Assembly (NCBI RefSeq): GCF_009914755.1
Contig: NC_060931.1
DNA: 64,000 bases
Origin: the human T2T-CHM13v2.0 reference genome, Homo sapiens
Strand: one strand, 5' to 3'
The position numbers and the translations under genes are program-made. Position 1 is the stretch's first letter, and every line of letters begins with the position of its first letter. The notes beneath the pieces were generated by a model, which was not told the DNA's origin, did not search any database, and saw only the letters and a program-made list of their open reading frames with translations. This document shows positions 53,708 through 64,000 of this stretch, in pieces.

Positions 53708-54899
53708 CCTGGCTGGGGACACTGGCCCTGTGCTAGTTCCAGAGAAGAGCCTGCCCCAGGCATAATAATGAATAGCACCTTCCCATTACATAGGATTTCC
53801 TCCATTTCTAAAATCTGCTTGAGGGCAGAGACTTCTTTTCTCTGGCCACAAAGCTTCATGCCTTGCACATAACTAGTGCTCAAGACATTCTGGGTGACTG
53901 GGGATAACTAGACTCAGATCTCACTTCCATTTGAAGACCAGCTTCCCCTCCCCTTCCCCTGGACCCACACCATGGGTGCTGCCTAGAAGCTACCTGGCAG
54001 CCCCTATGATCAGGCCTCATCCTGAATTGCAGTAGGCCAAGCTGTGATTAGTGAACATGGAGGAAAAGCACAACGGGTTTTTGCAGAAGCTGCTCTGTGC
54101 ACGGCTTTCCTCTGCTTGTAGAAAGGGTCAAATGCTCAGGACCTGGGGGGCTTAAGGCAAGAGGAAAGGCAGATTCCTTTCCAGCTTCCAACGTAGTGGA
54201 TGGTGCTGAGGCCAAATCATTCACTCCTCCTACGAGAAGGCAACAATGACCAAGCGAACCCACAGGACACAGGCTGTGCAGGAAGCACGAGAGGCCCAAT
54301 GGTGCGGACAGGTTTAACTGCAGGGAAGGGCATTTCAGTTTATTGTAGTAACATGACTCCTGTAAGGCAGAATTAAGATTCTGAGCAAAAACTCAGCAGA
54401 AGCTGCATGAAAAATGTCATCACAACTTAAGTCTGCAAATCAGCAACTCCGCTGATCAACCACAAAGTAATAAGGAGTAACAGCCTAGGAAGTTATGTTA
54501 TTGAACCAGTGGGCAAACGTCTATCTGAGTGTAATGCGTTGATTTGTCACACTTGTGTGAAACCTTTACTGTTTCTTGACTTCCATGTACTAAAAGTCCC
54601 CATTTAGGACAATAGCTATGAGTAAAAAAATAGGCTGTTCTCCAGAAGAATCATATGCAGACACCTTTGCTTCTGATTCTTGGTGCCTTTGTCTTTCATT
54701 GTAACAGTGATACATTCAATTGTGTCACAATTGCCCTTTAATTTGGAGCAACACCAACTGTAGCCAGCTACTCACAGGAGGGGCTGCACCACCCTGGGGC
54801 GTTTTCAGGAACATTGGCTCACCCTCTATCAGTGTCAGTGATAACGCTGGGATAAAACACCACAGGTTGGTAACAACCATCTTCTTTCGTATTCTCACT

Positions 54900-55198
54900 T
54901 GCTCTTCTCTTTTCTCTTCTTCTCCTCTCCTCCCCATCTCCTTCTCTGTCTCTGCATCTCTCTCTGTTTTTCTCTTTATCTCTGTCTCTGTGTCTTTGCC
55001 TTTTTCTCTCTCTGACTCTGTCTCTTTCTGTCTCTGCTCTCTCTGTCTCTATGCCTTTCTATGTCTGCCTCTTTCTGTCTTTGTCTCTGATTCTGTCTCT
55101 CCATCTCTATCTCTCTCTACCTCTTCCATCTCTCTCTATCTCTGAATCTCTCTCTCTCTCTCTCACTGTCTGATACACACACACGCACACACATACAC
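54900..55198. repeat. CT-rich low-complexity tract followed by (CA)n
   Basis: About 270 bp polypyrimidine (TCTC/TCTG) tract, then a CA repeat. Confidence 0.9.
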
Positions 55199-56058
55199 AA
55201 TTGTTTCCACTGGTTGAGAAGTAGGCTAAGCTTTTCACAGTTGAAGGCTCAATCCCAAAGTCTAAAGCGAAGCCATTATCAGTGAAAAGTTTGCTCAAGG
55301 ATTTTCTGGTTTGTGGGGAACCAGGCAATTCCCTGGCAAGCCCCGCATTCTGGCCTCTGCTTGCTGGTGTGTACTGCGGCAACAATGCATCCCCCTCCCA
55401 CTGGGCTGTTAGTGGAGCAGTGACAACGTCAGCCTGGATCCCCAGAGGCCTCGCAGGCTTTCCCAGGGGAGACCAGCCCATGGAGCCACACAGTGGTGCT
55501 CAACCTGGGTGCAGCAGGGGTAAGATGCCAGGGGCTTCAGAAGCAGGAGGTTCCCAGCCTTTTGGAAGATTAGGACACAGACTCTCTAGCTGGCATGAAC
55601 ACTCAGGCAGCTCTCTAGCCAATGATTTCCACTGGCAAATGAGCAGGTTTCCATGGAAAGTCATTAATTATCTCCTATTTAATCATCCACTTTAAGAGTT
55701 TCTGTGGGTTGTGTAATTAAAGACACAGTACTTTATGGGGATTACTGGGGTACATAAAATCCCCAGCCCTGTGCCAAGGCTGTAGCGTTTGTCTCAAACA
55801 CTGAGAATCTGTTCTGATGGTGACGAGGCATTCCTAGGCTTGCTTTGAGGCAGTGGGGCTGCTGGACTCACACTTCCTTAGCTTCTTGCTGCCTCCCAAC
55901 CCACTCCCAGACTGAGGGAGGCAGGAAGGAAAAGCCCAGACTGTCTTTTGTCATGAAAGGGTTCCAAGGAATCGAGGAGCAGGCTGCCCTGCCTTGCCAG
56001 GACCAGATGAAAACTGCTAAAGAACAAGAAACTGGGGTGAAACGCAGGCAGACCTTGC

Positions 56059-56603
56059 TGTGGCAGGCATCTTTCCAAGATGGTCTTCAGTAACCCAAGC
56101 TCCCTTCTCTTCACTTCTCTGTGATATCCCCTTATTTTAAGTGTGATCTGCATCTAATGACTTGCCTTTAACAAGGAAAATAAGACAAAATTGATGAGAT
56201 GTCACTTCTGTGATGAGGTGACAAAAGACTGTCACTTCCATCTCTGTGGCACTCTCTCTCTTGACTTCTTGTCCAGCATGCTTTCATGAAGCAAGCCGCC
56301 ATGTTGGAGCAGCCCTCCTGGAAAAGAGCTGAGGATGGCCTCTGGCCAACAGCCAGTGAGAAACTGAATTCTGCCAACAGCCATGTGAGTGAGCTTGGAT
56401 GCAGATCCTTCCCCAGTCAAGTCTCAGATGAGACCACAGCCCTGGATGACACCTTGTCTACAGACTTGTGAGACCCAGAAACAGAGGACCTGGTTGAGCC
56501 ATGCCTGACTCCTGATCCATAAAAACTATGAGATAACAAATGTTGTTCTTTCAGGCCACTAAGTTTGTGGTAATTTGTTACGTAGTTATAGATTACTAAT
56601 CCA
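56059..56603 (+). mobile_element. MLT1F-like LTR
   Basis: tgtggcaggc...ccaagatgg...gatgtcacttc...gcctctggccaacagccag.gagaaactgaattctgccaaca.ccatgtgagtgagcttgg...cactaagttt.tggtaatttgtta. Confidence 0.85.
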
Positions 56604-58939
56604 CTCCAACTAACTAAATAGAGGTTATGACTGTAATGAATCTTTATATTTTCAACACAATTATTTTTCAGAAGGAGAAATTACAGGCATAATAGTTATG
56701 TGTTCAGTAACTAATGTTGAGCTCCATTTTTAATAAGTTGGCAAAGGGGAGAATGGCCAAGTTGAAACCAAGGCATTTCTCTTTCCTTCATACTTTCAAT
56801 AGGTTATGCAACCTTGTGCGGTAGCAAAATCCTATTGAATATTCAGTTTATGAGCCATTCATTTCTTGGAATCCTCCTGTTTTACCTGGTACTTGCAAAT
56901 AGGTACTTCTTGTCCTATTTTACCATCAGAGTCAAAGAAAGGAGAAGCTCAGCTCAAACTTCCTGTATCTATATAGAAATTCTGATAGGCTTAGCTACTC
57001 ATTTGTAATATTAGGAAAACATTGGTGAGACACATGGCAAAGGTAGCTGGTACATCCTTAGAAATTAGAAGATGTAGCCAGACCATAGAACAAGAGAAAA
57101 AGAGAGGAGGTGAAGGGTACCAAAGAAAATCAGACCACTTCATGAACTTACTGAGCACTGGTCCTGCCTGCAATCTTTGAGAAGTGACCCTTCCCTTTTT
57201 TTAACCCTGGAGTTTCACTGCCAGGGCTTGTGTGGCCCAGCTGAATGACAAGGTGCACCAGCTTGGAAGAGGAGGAAGAGAAGGTGGTAAGAGCCTGACA
57301 CAGCCATTCATTTCCTCATCTACGTACCACAAAACTTCAGGCTCCATAGGAATATGTCTCAGAAGTCAGCTTAAAAATAATAATAACAAGCCTTCTGCAT
57401 ACTCATTTTCAAGGGCTCATACTGAAGCAACTCCAAGTGCCAGTCATCTCTACATAGTTGTCTAAACAGAGCCATCTTTCAAGGCTGACCAACAACAGAA
57501 ATGTGTGCCACAGAATATAAATCATAGAAGGCAACTGTAAAACATGCACAATTTCACAATGTACCTGGCATTTTTTAGTATAGTGCCTTCTTTTCTTTTC
57601 TAGTTTTTTTGCTTTGTCTCTTTTTAAAACCATGACCAATGTTTTCTTTCTTCAACTACCCTTCAAAGCTCTGGAAAAGAACAGGCCACTGTGAGGTGAA
57701 CATGGCACAGAATTCCAAGGGTATGACACATGTGATTGCTTTTTTGGTTTCTATCTGAAAGGATTGTCAGTGGAGGTTTGCTGTTTCTGTGAGTGTCATG
57801 GGATATTCTTCAGACACTCATTCTGTTTTCTGAGTATAAATTCCGTGAGTATATATAAGTCACCACAGAAGAAACTCCATTGGGCCCTTGTTGGAGCGCC
57901 ATGTGAGATTACGAAGCACCACATTACAAACCCATTGTGATTAAGCAGCTTCTCTCAGCACAGGGCTCAGTTCATCGCCAGCCACTGAAAACCAAAGTTC
58001 AAGCTGTTCCATGCCACAACTCAGGATCTCCTTGTGAAGCGTGATGTTCTTCTTACAAATGGCAGTATAGAGGGGGACTGAATCAGAAGACAGAACTCAC
58101 TTAAGAGACAGTACTACCGCAGAATTAGAAATAGAAGAGCAGACAGGGTTACAGGAGCCAGAGATGGTGCCAGGATCATGCCCAAAAAAGTGAGCAGCAG
58201 CCCTTAAAAAATTGCTCTACTGAGCCAGCAGAAGAATGAGGGTAGGAGTGTCCCAGGCAAGTGCCAGAGGGGTCAGGGATGGGGGCATCAGCTAGTGACC
58301 TCTTGGTTCATCAGGCCTAATAGAGAAGAAAGAATAAGACGGAAGCTAATTCCGGACTTGATAAACCAGGTGGACTTGACCTTTGGTTCCCATCGCCTCT
58401 CAGGATTGGAGGAAAGAGGACGGTGCTCAAGGCAGCCTGAGGTGTTTAGAGGAACTCTCTCCATGAACTTTCATTGCCCTTATTAAAGGACTTCAGATGA
58501 AGCATTTAGGAAAAATACCTCTCAGGAGACTTGGCATTTTCCATCTTGAGTAGAAGAGGTGAAAATATCTCTTGTGAGTTTTCAAAACTAAAAGCAGTCC
58601 CCATGCAAGTTTGTCTTTCAAATTTGTATTATCCAGTGGTCCATAAAATCTCAAGCCAACATTTTTGTTCTTGGTGAATTGGGCTTAGTAGTAACCCAGG
58701 CATTTGAAGAAGCAAATGAAAATCCTCTCCACAAGAACTTAACTTCAAACCAGGCCTCAGAAAATCCCCATAGATAAAATTCCAATAAATGTGAGCTCAG
58801 ACTCAAAAACAAAAAGTGCACAAGAAAGCAAGACACCATGAAGAAAAGGCAGCAGAAATGATGCACATGGAATCAAATCTGCACAGACTTTAATCACAGA
58901 AATATCAGACCCATGTTTGCTTCATTTTGTATGAATGGG

Positions 58940-59900
58940 TTGGACCCAATTGTGGTGTTAGAAATGATTACAAGTGGTTAAGTTCTGGGTATACTTTGCA
59001 GGTAGAGTTGACAAGAATTGCAGACAGATTGGATGTGAGATATGAAAGACTGAAGTTGTGGATGAGTCTGAGTTTGGACCTGAATAGTTGAAGGAATAGA
59101 TTTGTATTGTTCCAATAGCTGTGGTCCATCACTGCCACTTCCAGGACCCTTTGACCAATGGCAGTCCCAGGGCAACACCTTATTTTCCAGGAACAGCCCA
59201 GGAGTGGTCACTGTTTCAAGAACTGCATTCTTCCAGTGGTTTGGGTTCACTTTCCAAGTAGGAAAGACATCAAAAGGAGGAGGGCAGGGAAGGGATAGAG
59301 ATCAGCCCTCTGATCTACCAAATTTGCAATGTCCAAAAACAAACAAATGATGAGGTAAGGCATTCAGATAATGTAACTCTAGACTTCAGGGTAGACATAT
59401 GGGCTCAACGTGTGATTCTGCATAATTTTTAGCATATAGTATTATAATATAGCTCCCAGGTCAAATGAAATCACTAAGAGAATGAAGGTACACAGAGAAG
59501 AGAAATGGACCAAAGGAAGCCCCAGGACAAGAAAATTTTAGGGGCCAAAAGATGAACCATCAAAGGAAATTGAGAAGGAAGAACCAGTGAAGTAGGTTGA
59601 GAACAAAGAGAGATGGATATCCTGGAGGCCACCTGGACGTGTCTTTTAAGAAGGAGGCTGTGAGCATCTTAGTGAAAGCCACTGATAAGTGGAGTCAGGT
59701 GAGAACTGAGAATCTACCCCCGGACTTGACAATTTCCAGACCTTTGGTGGCTTGAGGAGGAGAAATTTCCATGGAATGGTGGAAGGCTAAATGGCTGGTT
59801 GGAGTGAGCTAAAAAGAAAATGGGAGAAGAGGAAGGTCAGACAAGGATAGAAAAGCATTTTGTAGAGTTTTGCTATAAGTGAGGCGGGGGAAGGAAGTGG
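58940..59900 (-). mobile_element. L2 fragments
   Basis: ttctgggtatactttgcaggtagag...gattggatgtg...; aaggaaattgagaagga...ccagtga.gtagg...gagaactgagaat...tttccatggaatggtgg. Confidence 0.7.
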
Positions 59901-59919
59901 CACATGAAGTTAGTGGTTA

Positions 59920-62290
59920 CGAACACAAAGTAAGACCCCCGTCAGAATGGATCAGGAGCTGGAGGCATTCCAGAAATGAGCAGAACACAAAATCACCACA
60001 GACCAGAAGTCATATCAGAAACAGCACAAAGGAGATGAGACACATCTGTGAACACAGTGACAGACATGGAGAAGTGAAAATGAAATAGAACTACTGCATA
60101 AAGAGAAAAAGACAGGGACAGAATGTTAGATTTGAAAGCTAGACAAAAGAAATCTCTTGACATACATACATTAACATCCCTGAGGAGAACTAAAATAACA
60201 GGGCATAAAAATATTTCAAGATATAATTCAAAAAAACTTTCCAGAAATAAAAACAAATCTATAAGCATAAAGAACACACCAAAGCAAAACACACAACAAA
60301 ATAATATAACAGACTATGAAACAAAAGAACCAATAAATATCCAAAGCCTGACATATGTCTTGGGCTGCAGTAACAAAATACCTGAGACTGGGCAATTTAT
60401 AAACAACATGACTTCATTGCTCACTGTTCTGGAGGCTGGGAGGTCCAAAATCAAGGTGCCAGAAGATTAGGTGTCTGGTGAGAGCCTATTCCTCATAGAT
60501 GGCACCTTCTATGTGCCATCACGTGGCAGAAGCTCAAGAGGAATAAATAAGCTCGTTCTCTAAAAGGGCACTAATCCCATTCATAGGGCTCCACCCTCAT
60601 GACCTCCTCACCTCCCAAGGCCCCACCTCTCAACAACACACTGGGGATTCAAATTCAACATATTATTATTTTGAGAGGCACACAAACATGAAGACCACAG
60701 CAACATCAAATATGGATCAATGTTACAACCAAACATCCATTAGTTAAGAAGTATACATGTAATAAACTCCCATATTTAAAGAAAAAGATCAGGTAGAGTA
60801 TATCAATAGGATACCATGGCAGCCAACGTAATACACAAGAAGCACACCTCAACAGTGACTCATAAATTTTGAAAATAAAAGGATGCAAAAAAAAAAAAAA
60901 AAGTACCAGCCAGATTCAGGTCACAAAAAAAGAAAAGAAAGGAAAACCTGCAAAAATTATTATACTAGGACAACTTTGCAGAAGAGAAATGAATGGAAAG
61001 GAATCAAGGAATCAAGCTACAATTATCAAACTGCATTACACTGGAACGTGAATAGATAAATAGATCAGTGTAACAGAAGACAAAGTCCATTAATAGGACC
61101 AAATACATATAGAATTTCATGTAGAATAAAAGTGAAAATTCAAATCAGTAGAGTGAAAGATGAATGGTCTCATGAATAGTGTTGTAATAAGTGGGTTGGC
61201 ATCGGAAAAAACAGTTATAGCACTGCTTACTTCTTCAACAAATGTAAATTTTAGAATGATACAATTTTACACATAAAACCCCAAATATAAGAATAGTCTA
61301 AGAAAATATGGGGTGGTTTCTTTAAATCTTAGAGTATGATACAAAAATCAGAAGTCATAAAAAATGATATAATATTTAAAATATAAAATATTATCTTTAT
61401 AAGGAAAAGTGTGGGAAATATAGTCAAAAAACAATTCAAAGTAGGAAAATAGAAAATATTTGCAAGATATAACATAGAAAAGAGAATTTTTATCTATAAA
61501 GAGTTTTTCAAATAAACAACCAAAAAATACAATAGAAAAATTGGCAATTTTTTCCAAGCATGTACTTCATTGAAAAGGAAATCCAAATAACTCTTAGGTA
61601 TATAAAAAGAAATTCTCACTCAGAATAAGAGAAGTATACATTAAAAATACAAGGAAATAATTTTTAGAAGTCTGTCAGTTGGACAAAGATTAAAGGACTT
61701 GACGACATATTACGTTGTTAAGAGCTGGGGAAGCGGGCTCTGCGGTACAGTGATGACATAAATAGGAGCAGCTTTGAGGGGAACAACCTGGTAAGAGCTA
61801 TAAACACTGAAATCTCTCAAACAATTGACCCTGCAATTCCACTTCTAATGATTTGTCCTATACATGAGAATGGCATACATACAACGACACTCAATGTAGC
61901 ACTGATTTTAATTGCAAAAGATTGAGAACAGCAGAGGGAACAGGTCAAAGAAGTCACGCTATAGCCACGCAATGAAATGTCATGCAGGTGTGAAGAACAG
62001 AGCCATTTTAGATGCTTTTATATGAAACAAAATTCTACTATAACTGTTGTTAATGCAGGACATACAGAGCATGCGACATAAGGGGGACGGGCATGCGCTG
62101 GTGTGCGTGCCCACCGTGTGCCCGCCGCGCACCCACGTATGTGTAACTCACCTCTGGAAGAGCCCAACAGCCACCTCCATGGAGGGTTCCAGATGGCAAC
62201 ACGACAGCAGTGGGAAGGAAAATCCTTTTTTGCTCTATATTTTTTATAATTTTTGAATTTCTTTTTACATGTGCATATGTGACTAAGAAA
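59920..62290 (+). mobile_element. old L1M fragments (ORF1 end, ORF2, 3' UTR)
   Basis: A-rich; aatagataaatagatcagtg.aacaga, aaatcagta...gaatagtg, aatagaaaaattggcaa, ttgaccctgcaattccacttcta. Confidence 0.7.
60356..60702 (-). mobile_element. MST (MSTD-like) MaLR solo LTR inserted in L1
   Basis: aacaaaatacc..agactggg.aatttataaacaaca...gttctggaggctgggaggtccaa.atcaaggtgccag...aagggcactaatcccattcat; TSD-like ACATA/ACATC. Confidence 0.85.
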
Positions 62291-63117
62291 AGGCCCTCAA
62301 AATATAAACTATGGGTTTCTTTTTATATATACATAAAGAAATGGATCCTTTGGTATCTCTGGTAGAAGGAACTTTTGAATTCTGATTGGGCAGGGGACTC
62401 TGGGCTGATACAGTCTAATCAAACCATTGTCCCACGGTGGGGGTGGGGAGGGTAGAGAAAAGAAACCCAGGACTGTGTTATAGTAAAGTGTCCCATTGGC
62501 ACCGCTATTCCACGGAATGGCAGGGGCTCGCGACCAATCAAGGTGATTTTAGCTGCTCTTACTCACTTCAGGAGAATAACAAACAACTCAGCTTCAGTTC
62601 TACCCCTTTCTGGCCTATATTTTCTATAAATTTAGGGCAGGTCTCTGAGTGATGGCCGTGCCTTGCACAGAATTTTCTCTGTGGTGGGACAGGCTATATT
62701 TTTTGTAGCATCTCCCTTTGCTCCTCCAATGTCTGCCTCTCAAACCAAATAAATTCCTTTTTTATTGAGAAAACTTTTGCTGCAACCTACCCTGTGGTCC
62801 CCGTTAGGGAGCTTTTCTCCATTTAATTTTCAGATGTCTGCCTCTTAAACCAAAGACATTTTCAGTGTTTTGGGAAGAACAGCCACTGTGGCTTACCTGG
62901 TTACCGTCCCTTAGGAAGACTGTTTTTAATCTTTTGCTTCTTAGTCTCAAACGAGGCAACAGATGAATTCGAAATTACACCAAAAATAAAACACTTATAG
63001 ATGCTTTCTTGTTTGTTTTAAGGTAGCTGTGAAAACCACTAAAAACATGGGTAACTTTAAGCCTTCTTAATGGGACTTAAATGTTCATGGTGGGAAAGGA
63101 TAAAACTAGAAATTACG

Positions 63118-63453
<336 letters not shown>

Positions 63454-64000
63454 TCATCATCTAGTGAACCCAGGGAACAGAGAAATGCCACAGGGGCAGG
63501 TGTGGCTTGGAGAGGCATGGCAGTTGGAAGCAGCTTGAGATTGGCATTTCCCTTTGGGCACAGTGTCAGGAGACCCAGGTTCGGGGCCAAGCTCTGCCTC
63601 TCACTAACTGTGCCTTGGAACAAGTTGCTCAGACCCATCTTTTCTTCTAGGTGTTTTGCCTTTATCTCTCCATTAAGCCAAGACACTAAAAAGCTGTCTC
63701 TTTTTTATCTCCCCTTGAAGAATTCTTTGGCCTGAAATCCCAGGGTCCTCTGTGGGTGCGGCCAGCCTCCACCCACCTGGCCGGCTGTAGAATGCTCATG
63801 AGGGCCTGGCTGCCGCCTGGCTGCACCCACCTTGTGTCCCCTTCTGAGCACTGAGATCCTCTTCAGTCACCTTTTCTTGACCTTGCAACTGGTGTGACTT
63901 TAGCTCAAAACAAAGATAAACTTTGGAAAATGTCACAACTCCTTTTTCATTTTCGCTCTTAGTACAATCAGAGCTGAACCTACAGCCCCGTCTTAAAAAT

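Overview
Primate (very likely human) non-coding euchromatic DNA. No protein-coding gene, prokaryotic system or CRISPR array is recognisable; the long ORFs come from tandem repeats, low-complexity tracts and transposon relics. The window is GC-rich in its first ~13 kb. It holds about ten Alus, MIR/L2/old L1 fragments, DNA-transposon fossils (MER33, MER58A, MER5A, MARNA-like) and several MaLR LTRs. Best-supported highlights: a near-intact hY3 Y-RNA retropseudogene with target-site duplication (17451-17550, -); a fossil ERV-L class provirus (LTR16/HERV16-like, ~21010-25709, -) with readable gag/pro/RT/RNaseH/IN relics and nested Alu, L1 and THE1 insertions; a second ERV-L/MaLR internal relic with a dUTPase remnant (~38430-40075, +); and many unrelated tandem duplications/VNTRs. 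A few splice-site-bounded candidate exons (notably 9633-9728, -) hint at an unidentified, possibly non-coding transcript. Repeat subfamily names come from recalled consensus sequences and need RepeatMasker/Dfam confirmation. I could not identify the locus and found no convincing new biological system.
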